NCBI GenBank assembly: GCA_943787795.1
Contig: CALSNU010000006.1
Span: 512,001 to 576,000 of the forward strand
DNA length: 64,000 nucleotides
Reading direction: 5' to 3'
Source of the DNA: an uncultured bacterium
Lineage (GTDB): Bacteria > Planctomycetota > UBA1135 > GCA-002686595
Below are positions 19,891 through 32,622 of the stretch, in pieces. The translations under genes and the position numbers were made by a program. The first letter of the stretch is position 1; each line of letters opens with the position of its first letter. The notes beneath the pieces were generated by a model. The model searched no databases, was not told where the DNA came from, and saw nothing but the letters and a program-made list of their open reading frames with translations.

Positions 19891-20204
19891 GTCGACCAAG
19901 GGCCTCGCCGAGGACCGTCGAGGCACCCACCGCCCCACCACCACGGCGGCTCCCCCCACCTTGACCCTCCGGCCACCGCGAAGCCAAGCGGCCAGGGTCG
20001 GAGCGAGCCTGTGGCGCCACCCATGGCGCCACGGGCAGGATCGGCTCGGGAAGGGCCGGCTCGGGAACCCGGCGTCCCGCTCCCGGGCGCCAGGCTCCGT
20101 GCCCGCGCCCGGCGAGGGACACCCCGCATCATGAACGGGTGCGCCAGCGTGACGCGCCGCCCATGCGAGGCGTGAGGCACGCCATCGCACGAGCAGCGGG
20201 GCGA

Positions 20205-20268
20205 GGCTCAGAGAAGGGCCGGTTCCGAGGAAGGCCAGCTCAGAGGAAGGCCGGCTCAGAGGAAGACG
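20205..20268. repeat. 16-bp degenerate tandem repeat x4 overlapping the stop codon of 20256..21455
   Basis: GGCTCAGAGAAGGGCC / GGTTCCGAGGAAGGCC / AGCTCAGAGGAAGGCC / GGCTCAGAGGAAGACG. Confidence 0.8.
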
Positions 20269-21455
20269 ACCTCAAGCCCGTCCGTGAAGTTGGAGGTCGT
20301 GTTGCCGCCGACGGCGTCTCGGTGCCAGGCGGTGAAGTTCCAGGTCTCGCCGGCCTGGATCGACACGAGGCCCGTCGGGGTCGGCGTCCGGGTCAGGTCG
20401 AGCTGGAGCGAGAAGGTCCCGCTGCTGCCTGAGTTGAGGATCTCCCCCGGTCCAACGTAGCGGCCGATCGCGCCGCCGATGCAGAGGATGCCCTGGCTCC
20501 CGCCGGGGTTCGCGACGGCTCCCTGGGAGGTGCTGGTGAGGAAGAACCCGAAGGACGAGCTCGGCAGGCTAGAGGCCTCGAGTCGAAGGTTGTTCGAGCT
20601 CACGATGGCCGTTCCGATGCCGCCGATCGACCCGGCCGCACCGGTGGAGTTCACGTTGGCGGCGCAGTAGTTCGTCCCGACGCTCCCCGCCGCGACGCCC
20701 TTGCCGAACTCGATGTCATCGAACATCACCACGTCCCCGAAGTTGCCGCCTGCGGAGAGGCGGATCTCGTTGAACTTGAGGTCGACGATCGTCGTGTCAA
20801 GATCCGCTCCACCCGTCGGGTACGGCGTCGCGGGGTCGATCCACATCTGGACCCGCTCATCGCCGGGCAGGCAGTCAATCCGGTAGACGAGCCGCGCCGG
20901 CTGGGAGGCGTTGCTGCCGGTCACAAACTCGGGCGGACGCCCCGTGGCGCCCTCATCGTCGATGCCCCACTCGTCCTGGTCCCATCCGGACCCCAGAAGG
21001 AGAGCCTCGGGCAACGACTGACCGGCCTTCCAGAGGGAGAGCCCGCAGTACCCCTCGGTCGTGCCGCCGGCGTACTTCTCGATGCTGAAAGACACCCACA
21101 GCGTGGCGCCGTCTCGGCCCCACATGTTGGTCGCCGGGTCGAGCAGGTCCGGGTGAGCGGCGAGGTCAATCTGCCGGTAGGCCGAGTTCCATGTGGCCTG
21201 CTGCACCGCGTGCCCGCCCACCCCGTCACTCAAGACGAAGTTGGGCGCCACGGTGTTGTCCTGGGTGAGGTACGCGGCGTTCCCCGCACCATCGACGTAC
21301 CAGTTGTTGGACCAGCCGGTCCCGCCCGGCAGGGCGTGGAAGGTGGCTCCGATGGGGTACTCGAAGGTCTCGGTGCACACCGGCGTGACCTGGGCGGTGG
21401 CGGTGGCCGCGAGGAGGACCACACCGAGCGAGAAGGGCGTGAGGTTGCGTTGCAT
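20256..21455 (-). CDS. Exported protein: beta-rich (lectin/LamG-like) domain + shared C-terminal domain
   Basis: Signal peptide ...AATATAQ; ETFEY...FDDIEFG domain; C-terminus GTNYC...LCIGG..GR...GETWNFTAWHRD...SNFTDGLEVVFL. Confidence 0.8.
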   Translation of the reverse strand: MQRNLTPFSLGVVLLAATATAQVTPVCTETFEYPIGATFHALPGGTGWSNNWYVDGAGNAAYLTQDNTVAPNFVLSDGVGGHAVQQATWNSAYRQIDLAAHPDLLDPATNMWGRDGATLWVSFSIEKYAGGTTEGYCGLSLWKAGQSLPEALLLGSGWDQDEWGIDDEGATGRPPEFVTGSNASQPARLVYRIDCLPGDERVQMWIDPATPYPTGGADLDTTIVDLKFNEIRLSAGGNFGDVVMFDDIEFGKGVAAGSVGTNYCAANVNSTGAAGSIGGIGTAIVSSNNLRLEASSLPSSSFGFFLTSTSQGAVANPGGSQGILCIGGAIGRYVGPGEILNSGSSGTFSLQLDLTRTPTPTGLVSIQAGETWNFTAWHRDAVGGNTTSNFTDGLEVVFL

Positions 21456-21567
21456 GGGAACGAAGGGTTGGGCGATGGGGAAGACTCCGGACGAAGGAAT
21501 ACCCCGCGCGCCCGCTCCACGCCAGCACGGGCAAATCCCGAGGCAGTTTGACGCGCCCGGATCTACC

Positions 21568-21687
21568 GCAGTGAACACGGTGCTGCCGCTGTTAACACGG
21601 TGCTGCCGCAGTGAACACGGTGCCGCCGCGCTGAACCCGGTGCTCCCGCATCGAACCAAGCGCTCCCGCGCTGAAACTCCTGCCCGC
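21568..21687. repeat. 20-bp degenerate direct-repeat array x6 (consensus GC[AG][GC]TGAACACGGTGCTGCC)
   Basis: Units start at 21568, 21588, 21608, 21628, 21648 and 21668; the last two are more diverged. Confidence 0.85.
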
Positions 21688-21710
21688 GCGCCGCGGCCCA
21701 GACCCTGGCG

Positions 21711-23114
21711 CTACCCCAGGATCTCCCGCACCACCCGCGACTCCTCCACGCCGGTCAGGCGCTGATCGAGGCCGAGGTAGGGATAGGTGAAGCGCTCGTG
21801 GTCGATGCCGAGCTGGTGCAGGATGGTCGCGTTGAGGTCGTTCACGTGGACGCCGCCCTCCGCCACGTTGTAGGACCAGTCGTCGGTGGCGCCGTGGGTG
21901 ATGCCAGGCTTGATGCCCCCGCCGGCCATCCAGACCGTGAAGCAGCGGCCGTGGTGATCGCGGCCGCTCCCGGGGGCGCCGAGCTTGCCCTGGCTGTAGA
22001 CGGTGCGGCCGAACTCCCCGCCCCACACGACCAGGGTGTCCTCCAGCAGGCCGAGCCGGGCGAGGTCCGAGACCAGGGCGGCGCTGGGCTGGTCGGTGTC
22101 CATGGACTGCGCCCGCAGCTCCCGGTCCAGGTTGAGGTGCTGGTCCCAGCCCCGGTGGAAGAGCTGCACCATGCGCACCCCGCGCTCGAGCATGCGGCGC
22201 GCGAGCAGGCAGTTGGCGGCGTAGGTGCCCGGCTTGCGCGCGTCCGGGCCATAGAGCTCGAAGACCTCCTCAGGCTCGTTGGAGAGGTCGGTGAGGTCCG
22301 GGACCGAGGTCTGCATCCGGAAGGCCATCTCGTACTGATCGATGCGCGTGCGCGCCTCGGGATCCCCCGTGGCGTCCGCGTGCCGCCCGTTGAGCTTCGC
22401 GAGGTCATCCAAGAGCGCGCGGCGAGAGGCGGCGTCCACCCCCGGCGGGTTTTGCAGGTACAGGACCGGGTTGGCGCCAGGGCGCAGCTGCACGCCCTGG
22501 TGGGACGGCGGGAGGAAGCCCGAGCCCCACAGGCGAGAGAAGAGGGGCTGGCCGGGGTCCTTGCCCGTGCCCTGGGAGAGGAGCACCAGGTACGCCGGCA
22601 GGTCCCGGTTCTCGCTCCCCAGCCCGTAGCTGAGCCATGAGCCCAGGCTCGCCTTGCCCGGCTGCATGGCGCCCGTGTTGATCGTGGTGATCGCGGGGTC
22701 GTGGTTGATCGCCTCGGTGTGCACCCCCTTGAGGAAGCACAGCTTGTCCGCGATGCGCGCCGTCCACGGCATCAGCTCGCTGACCCAGGCGCCGCTCTCC
22801 CCGTGCTGCTTGAACTCGTAGGGCGGCGCCAGCACCGGGAAGCTCTTCTGCCCGGCGGTCATCCCCGTCACGCGCTGCCCGCCGCGGACGGACTCGGGGA
22901 GCTCCTGGCCGTGGAGCTCGCGCATGACCGGCTTGTAGTCGAACAGGTCGATGTGCGACGGCCCGCCGGACTGGAACAGGTACACCACGCGCTTGGCCTT
23001 GGGGGCGAAGTGCGGGAGCGCCGACTCGTCGCCGCCCAGCAGGCGTGAGAGCGCCAGGGCTCCCAGGCTCCCGGCGGACTGTCCGAGGAACGCGCGTCGG
23101 GTGAGCTCGATCAT
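21711..23114 (-). CDS. DUF1501 family protein with Tat signal
   Basis: [50 protein letters not shown] overlap with the upstream gene. Confidence 0.92.
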   Translation of the reverse strand: MIELTRRAFLGQSAGSLGALALSRLLGGDESALPHFAPKAKRVVYLFQSGGPSHIDLFDYKPVMRELHGQELPESVRGGQRVTGMTAGQKSFPVLAPPYEFKQHGESGAWVSELMPWTARIADKLCFLKGVHTEAINHDPAITTINTGAMQPGKASLGSWLSYGLGSENRDLPAYLVLLSQGTGKDPGQPLFSRLWGSGFLPPSHQGVQLRPGANPVLYLQNPPGVDAASRRALLDDLAKLNGRHADATGDPEARTRIDQYEMAFRMQTSVPDLTDLSNEPEEVFELYGPDARKPGTYAANCLLARRMLERGVRMVQLFHRGWDQHLNLDRELRAQSMDTDQPSAALVSDLARLGLLEDTLVVWGGEFGRTVYSQGKLGAPGSGRDHHGRCFTVWMAGGGIKPGITHGATDDWSYNVAEGGVHVNDLNATILHQLGIDHERFTYPYLGLDQRLTGVEESRVVREILG

Positions 23115-26062
23115 CCCCGCGTCACCGTCTCGCTCAGGTTGAGGACGAGCCCCGCGGCCAGGGTCCAGGCCGCGTGCTCGGCCGCCTCGAGGCTCGCGTC
23201 GCGCGGCGACTCCCCCACGGAGATCAGCGCCTCGGCGTCCTCGGGGTGGGCCCCGAAGCGGGCCCGCTCCCGGGTGAGCAGCGACCCCACGATCCTCTGC
23301 TCTTCGCCGTCGGGTTCGCGCCCCACGGTGACCAGGTAGAGGTGGCGGATCTTCGCCGCGTCCGTCGCGCCGCCCTCGAGCAGCACGCGCTGCGCCAGGG
23401 CTCGCGCCGCCTCCACGAAGCCCGTCTCGTTCAGCAGGACGAGCGCCTGCAGCGGCGTGTTCGTCCGCGATCGCCGCACCACGCAGACCTCCCGGCTGGG
23501 CGCGTCGAAGGCTGCCAGGATGGGCGGCGGGACGGTTCGCTTCCAGATGGTGTACATGCCGCGCCGGTAGAGGCCCTCGCCGTGATCCTGGACGTAGACC
23601 TGCTCGGTCGCGGGGGTGCTGCCGAAGTGGCTCATCTCACGCCAGAGGCCATCGGGCTGATAGGGGCGGCCGCTGGCGCCGCCGATGCGCGGCGAGAGGA
23701 GCCCGCTCGCCGAGAGGGCGACGTCCCGGATGAGCTCGGCCTGGAGGCGGAAGCGTGGGCCCCGCGCCAGGAGGCGGTTGGCGGGATCTCGCTCGAAGAG
23801 GCCCGGAGAGACCGCCGCATCCTGGCGATACGTGTCGGAGAGGACCATTTGCCTCAGCATCGCCTTCACGTCCCAGCCGCTCTCCACGAACTCCACCGCG
23901 AGCCAATCGAGGAGCTCGGGGTGACTCGGCAGGGAGCCCCGCACGCCGAAGTCCTCCGGGGTCTCCACCAGGCCGGTCCCGAACAGGAGCTGCCAGTAGG
24001 AGTTCACCGCCACGCGAGCGGTCAGCGGATGGTCGGGCCGCACCAGCCAGCGGGCGAGGCCCAGGCGGTCCGGGGCGGCCCCGGCGTCCATGGGCGGGAG
24101 GATCGCCGGGGTCCCGGGCTGGACCTCGTCCCCCTTCTGGTCGTAGACGCCGCGCATCAGGACGTGCGCCGGGCGCCGCATGCTGCGCTCCTCCATGACC
24201 ATGGCGGTGGTCATGGGCTGCGCCTCGATGGCCGACCGCTGCTGGCCGAGCGCGGCGAGCTCCGCACGCAGGCCGTCCCGGGCGGGGTCGATGGAGCGGT
24301 GGTACTCCGCGAGCAGCGCCTGCTGCTCCGCCGACCGAGCACCAGCGCCCGCGGCGATGGCCGCCTGGACGTCGGCCGGCGGTCCGCTCGCCCGGAGGGC
24401 GAAGAAGACCCCGCCGGGGCCGCCGTAGTTGACGATCTTGACCAGCAGCTCGTTGGCGCCCGGGCGCGCCACCACGGTGATCGCCTCCTGATAGGGCTGG
24501 ACGCCGCGGCGGACGTTGGCGTCGAGCACCAGCGCGCCGTTCCACCACACGCGGATGGAGTCGTCGCTCCCGAAGGCGAGCTCCAGGGGTCCGGCGTCGG
24601 CGCACTCGAAGCTGCGGCGCAGGTAGGTGGCGGCGTTGGTGGCCGGCAGGGCGTGCGGCACCCCGTCCACAAGGTCCGGACGCTGGACCCACTCCACCTC
24701 TCCCGGAGCGGCGGCCGCCGACGCGCCCGTCGGCTCGGGACCGAAGTTCGTCTGGAAGGCGGCGTCGCCCGATCCAGCGACGAACGGCCCGGCCACATCC
24801 CACGGCGTCAGCACAGGCGCCGCTCGCTCTGCGTCGCGCCGGGACTCGCCCTCGATCCAGTCGCGCAGGCGCGCCGCCGCCTCGGGCGTCTCCGCCTCGA
24901 GCGCGGACCGGACCCGCCCCTGCTCCGCCTCGAGGCTGGCGAGCCGCTGCCCCTGCTCCTCCGAGAAGACCGGGATGAAGGGCACGGAGTTCTTCCCGCC
25001 GTCTCCGTCGTTGCCACGGTCGGTGATCGAGTTGAAGTAGGCGAAGAACTGGTAGTACTCGCGCTGCGAGATCGGGTCGTACTTATGGTCGTGGCAGCGG
25101 GCGCAGCCCATGGTCAGCCCGAGCCACGCCTGGGAGGTCGTAGCCACCCGGTCCGCGGCGTACTCCACGAGGTACTCCTCCTCGATGGTCCCGCCCTCAT
25201 GGGTGTTCATGTGGTTGCGGTTGAACCCCGACGCGATCCGCGACGAGTCCGTCGCGTCCGGCAGCAGGTCCCCGGCGAGCTGTTCGACGGTGAACTGATC
25301 GAAGGGCATGTTCGCGTTGAACGCGTCGATCACCCAGTCGCGCCAGGCCCACATATGGCGGCCCCCGTCGATGGAGTAACCGTTGGTGTCCGCGTAGCGC
25401 GCCACGTCCAGCCACTGGAGGGCCATCCGCTCGCCGAAGCGTGGCGACGCGAGCAGCCGATCGACGACCGTGGCGTAGGCGTCGGGGGAGTCGTCCGCGA
25501 GGAACGCGTGGATCTCCTCCGGCGTAGGCGGAAGCCCGGTCAGGTCGAGGGTCACCCGCCGGAGGAGCGTGTGCCCGTCGGCCTCCGCCGCCGGCTCCAG
25601 CCCCGCGGACTCCAGCTGACGTTGGACGAGGGCGTCGATAGCCCCGGCGGCGTCCCCGCCGACAGCCGCATCAGGGCCCTCGTTGCGCTCCGGTGCACGG
25701 AACGCCCAGTGCTCACCCCAGGGCGCACCCGCCGCGACCCAGCGCTCGAGGATGCGGACCTCGTCCTCACTCAGCGGGGGCTCGCCCTCGGGCGGCATCG
25801 CGTCGAAGAACTCGTCCCCGCCGTGAACCCGCGCGAGCAGCTCGCTCTCCCCGGGCGCCGCGCGATCGACCACCGCGTAGCCGCCACGATCTCGGACCGC
25901 GTCGTCCTCGAGGTCAAGCCGCAGGCCGCCCTCGCGCGCCGCGGCGTCAGGCCCATGGCACTCGAAGCAATGCTCGGCGAGGACAGGCCGGACGTCACGC
26001 GAGAAGTCCACCTCCGGCAGCGGAGCGGCGGACACCTGGAGGAGGCTGGCGAGGAGTAACAT
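23111..26062 (-). CDS. PSD1 / planctomycete cytochrome c protein (PSCyt1-DUF1549-DUF1553) with a PA14-like insert
   Basis: CFECH and [11 protein letters not shown] heme motifs, [35 protein letters not shown]. Confidence 0.92.
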   Translation of the reverse strand: MLLLASLLQVSAAPLPEVDFSRDVRPVLAEHCFECHGPDAAAREGGLRLDLEDDAVRDRGGYAVVDRAAPGESELLARVHGGDEFFDAMPPEGEPPLSEDEVRILERWVAAGAPWGEHWAFRAPERNEGPDAAVGGDAAGAIDALVQRQLESAGLEPAAEADGHTLLRRVTLDLTGLPPTPEEIHAFLADDSPDAYATVVDRLLASPRFGERMALQWLDVARYADTNGYSIDGGRHMWAWRDWVIDAFNANMPFDQFTVEQLAGDLLPDATDSSRIASGFNRNHMNTHEGGTIEEEYLVEYAADRVATTSQAWLGLTMGCARCHDHKYDPISQREYYQFFAYFNSITDRGNDGDGGKNSVPFIPVFSEEQGQRLASLEAEQGRVRSALEAETPEAAARLRDWIEGESRRDAERAAPVLTPWDVAGPFVAGSGDAAFQTNFGPEPTGASAAAAPGEVEWVQRPDLVDGVPHALPATNAATYLRRSFECADAGPLELAFGSDDSIRVWWNGALVLDANVRRGVQPYQEAITVVARPGANELLVKIVNYGGPGGVFFALRASGPPADVQAAIAAGAGARSAEQQALLAEYHRSIDPARDGLRAELAALGQQRSAIEAQPMTTAMVMEERSMRRPAHVLMRGVYDQKGDEVQPGTPAILPPMDAGAAPDRLGLARWLVRPDHPLTARVAVNSYWQLLFGTGLVETPEDFGVRGSLPSHPELLDWLAVEFVESGWDVKAMLRQMVLSDTYRQDAAVSPGLFERDPANRLLARGPRFRLQAELIRDVALSASGLLSPRIGGASGRPYQPDGLWREMSHFGSTPATEQVYVQDHGEGLYRRGMYTIWKRTVPPPILAAFDAPSREVCVVRRSRTNTPLQALVLLNETGFVEAARALAQRVLLEGGATDAAKIRHLYLVTVGREPDGEEQRIVGSLLTRERARFGAHPEDAEALISVGESPRDASLEAAEHAAWTLAAGLVLNLSETVTRG

Positions 26063-26331
26063 CCCGGACAAAGTACCAAGGCCGTCGCGATTCCCCATGG
26101 CGCTCCTGTTTCGAGATCTACACCTTGATTCGAAGCGGGAAGAGCAGAGGTGACGGACCGCGCCCTCCGGGCTGGACTCGAACGCCCACCGATTCGAGGA
26201 TTGCCGCTTGGGGCCACCGGCGAGCGCCACTTAGCGTTGCAGCGCAAAGCTTCACGCCACAGCGGCCCTTCTCCGCTCCGACGCAGCGCTCCTGGCACAG
26301 CGTTCCAGGCACAGCGCTTCCGCTCACCGCC

Positions 26332-26757
26332 ATGCCCAACCTGACCGCGTCACCTCGAGCCCTGGCCCACCGGGTCGCCGGGCTCACCCTCACCCTCACC
26401 CTGGCCGGGTGCGCCGAGGCCCCGGAGATTGAGGTCCTCCAGGCGGAGGTCAGCCCCGACGGGACCAAGGTCGCCACGAGCTTCTACTGCCAGGGGGGAG
26501 GCGCTGCGGGCTACAGCTTCCACAACGTGACCCTGACGCCCGTTGACGAGGCCGTGGATCCCTTCGACGGGCTCCTCGGCAAGCACAAGTCCTGGAACAC
26601 CTTCGTGGGTATCGGGGTCATCTGGCTCGATGACGAGAACCTTGAGGTGACCTTCTCCGCGCACGGTGACGACGCCGAGCAGCTGTCCACCCGGGTCGCC
26701 ACGAGCCTTGGGGTGGACCTTCACTACGTGTTCCGATCGGGCTCGACCTCGAAGTGA
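26332..26757 (+). CDS. Hypothetical lipoprotein
   Basis: Lipobox LAGC; SPDG and GGGAAG motifs. Confidence 0.7.
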   Translation: MPNLTASPRALAHRVAGLTLTLTLAGCAEAPEIEVLQAEVSPDGTKVATSFYCQGGGAAGYSFHNVTLTPVDEAVDPFDGLLGKHKSWNTFVGIGVIWLDDENLEVTFSAHGDDAEQLSTRVATSLGVDLHYVFRSGSTSK

Positions 26758-26874
26758 GCTTGACCCTGGGGTGAGCCGGGCCCGGGGTTGAGCTGAGCCC
26801 TGGAGCGAGCTGGGCCCTGGAGCGAGCTGGGCCCTGGAGCGAGCTGGGCCCTGGAGCGAGCTGGGCCCTGGAAT
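26756..26874. repeat. 17-bp tandem repeat GAGCTGGGCCCTGGAGC x7 (first units degenerate)
   Basis: Read directly; begins inside the TGA stop of the lipoprotein gene. Confidence 0.93.
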
Positions 26875-27037
26875 GGGCGAGCCCGTCGCGGCGGCGCCCC
26901 CTGCCAGGGCAAGGACTGCAGCCGAGGCCCGGACCGAGCGGTCGGTGGCAGCCGAGCGGTCCGTCGGTCCGGGGCCCGTGAGCAGATTCCGAGCTGGCGC
27001 CTATGATCGGGAGCGTGACGCCCATCGGCGTCTCACC

Positions 27038-30000
27038 ATGCTCGCCCCCGCCGCCCTCCTCATCCTCCTCCAGGCGGCCCTCCCCGTTCAGGGCCGGCAG
27101 GCTGCTGCCGATCAGGCGGAGTTCTTCGAGAGCCGGATCCGACCCGTGCTGGTCGAGCACTGCTACGCCTGCCACAGCAGCTCGGGTGAGGCCAAGGGTG
27201 GCGTCCGCCTCGACCATCGTGCGGCCATGCTGGAGGAGTCCCTCTTCGGCCCCATCGTGAGCCCGGGCGATCCCGGCGAGAGCGTGCTCCTCCAGGTCAT
27301 GCGCCACGAGCTCGAGGGGCTCGAGATGCCCGAGGGTGGGGCGCGACTCGACGACCAGGTCCTGGCCGACTTCGAGGCGTGGATCCTCGCCGGCGCCGCG
27401 GACCCGCGGGACGAGCCCCCGGGCGCGGCCGAGGTGGAGGCCCTGCTGTCCTGGGAGGCGCGCCTCGCGCGGCGCATGGACTGGTGGAGCCTGCGGCCCG
27501 TGGAGGACCCGTCCCCCCCGGAGGTGGAAGGCACAGATCACCCGGTCGATCGCTTCATCGGGGCGCGGCTCGGCGAGCAGGGGCTCCAGCCCGCCGGCCC
27601 CGCCACCCGGCGCGAGCTCCATCGGCGCCTCACCCATGTCCTCACCGGCCTCCCCCCGTCACCCGAGGAGCTCCGGCGCTTCGAGGCCGACCCGCGGCCC
27701 GACGCCTACGAGCGCCTCGTGGACCGCCTGCTCGCCTCCCCCCACTTCGGCGAGCGCTGGGCGCGGCACTGGATGGACGTCGTCCGCTACGCCGACTCCC
27801 ACGGCTCCGAGGGGGACCCGCAGATCCCCTTCGCGTATCGCTACCGCGACTACCTGATCCGCGCCTTCAACGAGGACCTCCCCTACGACCGCTTCGTCCG
27901 GGAGCACGTGGCGGGCGACCTGCTCGAGCCCCGCCTGGATGCGGAGGGGCGCCTGAACGAGTCGATCCTCGCCACCGCCCACTGGCGGCTCGTCTACCAC
28001 GGCTACCTGCCCACCGATCCCCTGGACGAGAAGGTCCGCTTCGTCGACGACCAGATCAACGTCCTCGGGAAGGCCTTCCAGGCCCAGACCATCTCCTGCG
28101 CGCGCTGCCACGACCACAAGTTCGACGCCATCAGCCAGGCGGACTACACGGCGCTGTTCGGCGTGCTCGCGTCGTGCCGCCCCGGCATCGTCGACGCCAA
28201 CGCCGATGCGCTGAGCCATGGGGTCGAGCTCGAGCTACAGACGATCCAAGGCGGGCTCCGCGGCGCCCTCGCCGAGGACTGGCTGGCCGCCTTGCTGGAG
28301 GCATCGTCCCTGGAGCGGCTCGAGCAAGCCACCGGGGGGGAGCTCGAAGGAGACTACCCCCTCGACGCGCTCGGGCGGGCCGCGTCGGACCCCGAGTGGC
28401 GCCGCGGCGCCGTCGGGGCGGGGAAGGTCGACGCCGGGGAGGACGACACCGCACAGGTCGACACCGCGGAGGTCGGGGCCAGGGAGGCCGGGGCCGGGGA
28501 GATCGCCAACGCGGAGCGGTGGAATCTGACGGACCCGGAGGAGGCGGAGCGCTGGTTCAGCCACGGACCCGGCCTCGAGGCCGGACCCGTCCGCGCCGGA
28601 CGCTTCACCGTCGCGGTCGAGGGACCCAGAGCCCTCACCGGGGTCTATCCCGCCGGCCTCTACACCCACCTCACGTCGACCCGCCAGCGAGGGGTGCTGC
28701 AATCCCGCCGCGTCGACCTCGGGGAGGACCTCGCGGTCTGGGGCCTCGTCGCCGGCGAGGGCGCCCGGTTCCGCCACGTCGTCCAGGACTATCCGCGCCA
28801 GGGCACCGTCTACCAGACCGCCGGGATCGGCGGCGGGGGCTGGGACTGGAAGCGGCTCGACCTCGCCTACTGGGCGGGCGACTCGATCCACCTCGAGCTC
28901 GTGACGGGCCAGGACGCCCCCGTGGAGACCACCGGCGGCGACCGCAGCTGGTTCGGGGTACGCGAGGTCGCGCTGCTCCCGCGCGGGGAGGAGCCCGCGC
29001 GCGACCCCGACCCCGCGGAGACGCTGTTGCGGCTCATGGCGTCCACTGGAAAGGACGCGTCCCCAGCCGCTGCCGCCCGTGAGGCCCTGCGCGGCGTCTT
29101 GCGGCGCTGGGAGGCCTACGAGTCGTCCGACGCCGAGGCGCTGCTCCTCGACGCGTGCCTGCGCCACGGGGTGCTCCCCAACGAATTGGACGCCCTCTCG
29201 AAGTCGGCGCCCCTCATCGAGCGCTACCGCGCGCTCGAGGCCGATGTCCCCGTCCCCACCCGCGTCCCCGGACTTCTCGAGGCGGACGCCGCGGACTGGC
29301 CGCTCTTCGAGCGCGGCGACCACCGCCGCCCGGCGGGCCCGGTGCCCCGGCGCTTCCTCGAGGCTATCGACCCCACCCCGTTCGACGCCCGGGGCAGCGG
29401 ACGGCTCCAGCTCGCAGACGCCCTCGTGGCCCCCTCGAACCCGCTCACCGCGCGGGTCATGGCGAACCGCGTGTGGCACCACCTGCTGGGCCGCGGCCTG
29501 GTCGCCACGCCGGACAACTTTGGTCGCCTCGGCGCGCGCCCCACCCACCCGCGGCTCCTCGACCACCTGGCCAGCGAGTTCGTGCGCGGCGGCTGGTCCG
29601 TGAAGGGGCTCATCCGGCACGTGGTCACCTCCGAGACGTTCATGCGGTCAGCGGACGCCGCGGGGGAGGCCCTGGAGCGGGACCCGGACAACACCCTGCT
29701 ATCCCACGCCTCGGTCCGCCGCATGGACGCGGAGTCCATCCGCGACGCCATGGTCGAGGTGGCGGGCGCCATGGACGGGCGCATGTTCGGCCCCCCGGCA
29801 GGCACAGGGCCCGGCACCACCCGGCGCAGCGTCTACGTGCGCGCCCAGCGCAACCGGATGGACCCCTTCCTGGTCGCCTTCGACGCGCCGGTGCCCTTCG
29901 CACCGGTGGGCGCCCGACCCGCGACCACGGTCCCCGCCCAGTCCCTCACGCTGCTGAACGACCCGCTCACGTGGACCCTCGCCGGGCGCTGGGCGGAGCG

Positions 30001-31081
30001 CGCTCGAGGGGCCGATGGCTCGGACGCGGAGCGCCTGTCCGGAATGTGGGAGGCCGCCCTCGGCCGCCCACCGGGGGACGGCGAGCGCGAGCTGCTCCTG
30101 CGGCACCTGGCGGCGTGCGCGGACGAGGAGCGCGAGACCGCCGGGCAACGGGCGCGACTGGAGGGGGACGTCGCCGCCGCGCGGGCCTCCGTCGAGCGCC
30201 TGCTGGGCCGGGCGCGCGCGGCGCTGGAGGCGCGCGCGGTCACCGCCGACGGCGGCGAGGTCAGCGAGGTTCGCGGACCGGAGGCCATCGCCGCCTGGGA
30301 CTTCACCCGGGGGCCCGAGCCCCTGGAGGCGCCCCCTCGGCTCACCCTGCACGGCACCGCGCGGCTCGAGGGTCGAGGCCTGATCCTCGACGGGGAAGGC
30401 CACGCCTCCACCGGGGGGATCGACCTCCCGCTCGGGCCGCGTACCCTCGCCGCGTGGGTGCAGCTCGACGACCTCGGGCAGCGCGGCGGCGGCGTGGTCT
30501 CGGTCCAGAACCGCGACGGCGGCCAGTTCGACGCCCTGGTCTTCGGGGAGCGCAGGGCCCGCCGCTGGGTCCCCGGCTCGGACAACTTCAAGCGCACCGC
30601 GGACCTCGACGGCGAGGACGAGAGCGGCGGCGCGGACCCCGTCCATCTGGTGCTCAGCTACGCCGACGACGGGACGGTCACCGCCTACCGCAACGGCTCC
30701 CTGCTCGGCCACCCGATCCGCACGGCCCCCCTCGCCGAGTACCGCGCGGGGGACTGGAACATCCTGCTCGGCCTGCGCCACGGCGCGCCCGCGGCGAGCC
30801 GCCTCTTCCGGGGCACGGTGCTCCGCGCGGCGGTCCACGGGCACGCGTTCTCCGCGGAGGACGCCCTGGCTGCCTTCGAGGGCCGCGCGCCCGTCCTGCG
30901 AGAGGACCTCATCGCGGCCCTGTCGCCGGCCGAGCAGACCCAGCTGCTCGATGCAGAGGACCGGCTCGCGAAGGGCCGCGCCGCCCTCGATGCCCTCGGC
31001 CCTCCCAGCGGGCGGGACGAGCCCTGGACCCGCGTCGCCCACGCGCTCTTCAACCTGAAGGAGTTCATCCATGTCCGCTGA
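27038..31081 (+). CDS. PSD1 / planctomycete cytochrome c protein with a C-terminal LamG-like domain
   Basis: [44 protein letters not shown]; LamG-like TLAAWVQL...HLVLSY...YRNG. Confidence 0.92.
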   Translation: MLAPAALLILLQAALPVQGRQAAADQAEFFESRIRPVLVEHCYACHSSSGEAKGGVRLDHRAAMLEESLFGPIVSPGDPGESVLLQVMRHELEGLEMPEGGARLDDQVLADFEAWILAGAADPRDEPPGAAEVEALLSWEARLARRMDWWSLRPVEDPSPPEVEGTDHPVDRFIGARLGEQGLQPAGPATRRELHRRLTHVLTGLPPSPEELRRFEADPRPDAYERLVDRLLASPHFGERWARHWMDVVRYADSHGSEGDPQIPFAYRYRDYLIRAFNEDLPYDRFVREHVAGDLLEPRLDAEGRLNESILATAHWRLVYHGYLPTDPLDEKVRFVDDQINVLGKAFQAQTISCARCHDHKFDAISQADYTALFGVLASCRPGIVDANADALSHGVELELQTIQGGLRGALAEDWLAALLEASSLERLEQATGGELEGDYPLDALGRAASDPEWRRGAVGAGKVDAGEDDTAQVDTAEVGAREAGAGEIANAERWNLTDPEEAERWFSHGPGLEAGPVRAGRFTVAVEGPRALTGVYPAGLYTHLTSTRQRGVLQSRRVDLGEDLAVWGLVAGEGARFRHVVQDYPRQGTVYQTAGIGGGGWDWKRLDLAYWAGDSIHLELVTGQDAPVETTGGDRSWFGVREVALLPRGEEPARDPDPAETLLRLMASTGKDASPAAAAREALRGVLRRWEAYESSDAEALLLDACLRHGVLPNELDALSKSAPLIERYRALEADVPVPTRVPGLLEADAADWPLFERGDHRRPAGPVPRRFLEAIDPTPFDARGSGRLQLADALVAPSNPLTARVMANRVWHHLLGRGLVATPDNFGRLGARPTHPRLLDHLASEFVRGGWSVKGLIRHVVTSETFMRSADAAGEALERDPDNTLLSHASVRRMDAESIRDAMVEVAGAMDGRMFGPPAGTGPGTTRRSVYVRAQRNRMDPFLVAFDAPVPFAPVGARPATTVPAQSLTLLNDPLTWTLAGRWAERARGADGSDAERLSGMWEAALGRPPGDGERELLLRHLAACADEERETAGQRARLEGDVAAARASVERLLGRARAALEARAVTADGGEVSEVRGPEAIAAWDFTRGPEPLEAPPRLTLHGTARLEGRGLILDGEGHASTGGIDLPLGPRTLAAWVQLDDLGQRGGGVVSVQNRDGGQFDALVFGERRARRWVPGSDNFKRTADLDGEDESGGADPVHLVLSYADDGTVTAYRNGSLLGHPIRTAPLAEYRAGDWNILLGLRHGAPAASRLFRGTVLRAAVHGHAFSAEDALAAFEGRAPVLREDLIAALSPAEQTQLLDAEDRLAKGRAALDALGPPSGRDEPWTRVAHALFNLKEFIHVR

Positions 31082-32510
31082 CCCCATCGGCGACCGCGCG
31101 CTCTCGCGCCGACGCTTCCTGGAGACGACCTCCACGGGCTTCGGGATGCTCGCCCTGGCCGGGCTCACCGCCGAGACCTCCATGGCGGGCGTCCGCCGCG
31201 CGGTGGAGCGCGAGGCCGCGCGGCGCCAGGCGAAGCACGTGATCTTCTGCTTCATGTCCGGCGGCGTGTCCCAGGTGGACTCCTTCGACCCCAAGCCCGA
31301 GCTGGAGCGCCTCCACGGCCAGCCCATGCCGGTGGCGGTGCAGCGGACCCAGTTCAACAACAACGGCAACGTGATGGCGTCGCCCTTCCGCTTCAACCGG
31401 CACGGGGAGAGCGGGCTCGCCGTCAGCTCGATGTTCCCCCACATCGCCACGGTGGCGGACGAGCTGGCGGTCATCCGCTCCATGACCAGCAGCGTCAACG
31501 AGCACGCCCAGGGCAACTTCCTCATGCACACGGGCTTCCCGTTCCTGGGGCACCCCAGCGCGGGCTCCTGGCTCCACTACGGCCTCGGCAGCGCGAGCGA
31601 GGACCTGCCGGGGTTCGTCGTGCTCCAGGCCGGCGGCGCGGTGCCTCCCCACGGTGGCGTCGGGCTCTTCAGCAGCGGCTTCCTGCCCGCCCATCACCAG
31701 GCCTCGGTCCTGGTTGCCGACCGGGACCCCGCCGTCCGCAACGTCGCCCCGGCCCTCGGTCCGAAGGCGCAGCGTCGCCAGCTCGACCTGATCGCGGAGC
31801 TGGACGCAGGCTTCCTGGAGCGCTCCCCTGACCGCGACCTCGAGGCGACCATCAGGAACTACGAGACCGCCTTCCGGATGCAGACCGCGGTCCCGGAGGT
31901 CTGCGCCATCGACGGGGAGACCGCCGCCACCCGCGCGCTCTACGGGCTGGACGACCCTGAGCCCACCAAGGCCGCCTACGCGCGCCAGTGCCTCCTGGCC
32001 CGCCGGCTCGTGGAGCGTGGCGTGCGCTTCGTGGAGCTCAGCTGCATCACCAAGAACATCGGCGCGGGCGGCGCCGCCAACCCCTGGGACCAGCACGGCG
32101 ACCTCGAGCGTGGACACGGAGCCATGGCGTACCAGGTGGATCAGCCCATCGCCGGCCTCATCAAGGACCTGCGCGCACGCGGCCTCCTCGAAGAGACGCT
32201 GATCGTCTGGGCGGGGGAGTTCGGAAGGACGCCTTTCTCCCAGGGCTCGGACGGCCGCGACCACAACCCCCACGGGTTCAGCGTGTTCCTGGCGGGCGGC
32301 GGCGTGAAGGGCGGCAGCGTCCTGGGCGCCACCGACGAGCTCGGCTATCACGCCGTCGAGGACCCCTGCGACGTCTACGACCTCTGGGCCACCGTCCTCC
32401 ACCTCTGCGGCCTCGACCACGAGCGGCTCACCTATCGCTACGCCGGCCGCGACGTTCGGCTCACCGACGTGCACGGCCGGGTCCTGCGCGCGGTGGTCGA
32501 CGGACCCTGA
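31071..32510 (+). CDS. DUF1501 family protein with Tat signal
   Basis: [46 protein letters not shown]. Confidence 0.92.
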   Translation: MSADPIGDRALSRRRFLETTSTGFGMLALAGLTAETSMAGVRRAVEREAARRQAKHVIFCFMSGGVSQVDSFDPKPELERLHGQPMPVAVQRTQFNNNGNVMASPFRFNRHGESGLAVSSMFPHIATVADELAVIRSMTSSVNEHAQGNFLMHTGFPFLGHPSAGSWLHYGLGSASEDLPGFVVLQAGGAVPPHGGVGLFSSGFLPAHHQASVLVADRDPAVRNVAPALGPKAQRRQLDLIAELDAGFLERSPDRDLEATIRNYETAFRMQTAVPEVCAIDGETAATRALYGLDDPEPTKAAYARQCLLARRLVERGVRFVELSCITKNIGAGGAANPWDQHGDLERGHGAMAYQVDQPIAGLIKDLRARGLLEETLIVWAGEFGRTPFSQGSDGRDHNPHGFSVFLAGGGVKGGSVLGATDELGYHAVEDPCDVYDLWATVLHLCGLDHERLTYRYAGRDVRLTDVHGRVLRAVVDGP

Positions 32511-32622
32511 CCGGCCCTCGCCCTCGGCCAGACGGACCGTTTGAGGAGTCCTTCGCGGGGCCAGCGACGGGTCCTGCGACAGGTCCAGCGGCAGGGCCAC
32601 TCGCAGGGTCGCGCCCGCGGTC

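Noticed and set aside
23174..26059. 961-aa plus-strand ORF and many other long Arg/Pro/Gly-rich ORFs (e.g. 55306..57903, 40732..42780, 29155..31242)
   Set aside because: Antisense or alternate-frame shadows of well-supported genes, expected at this GC content.
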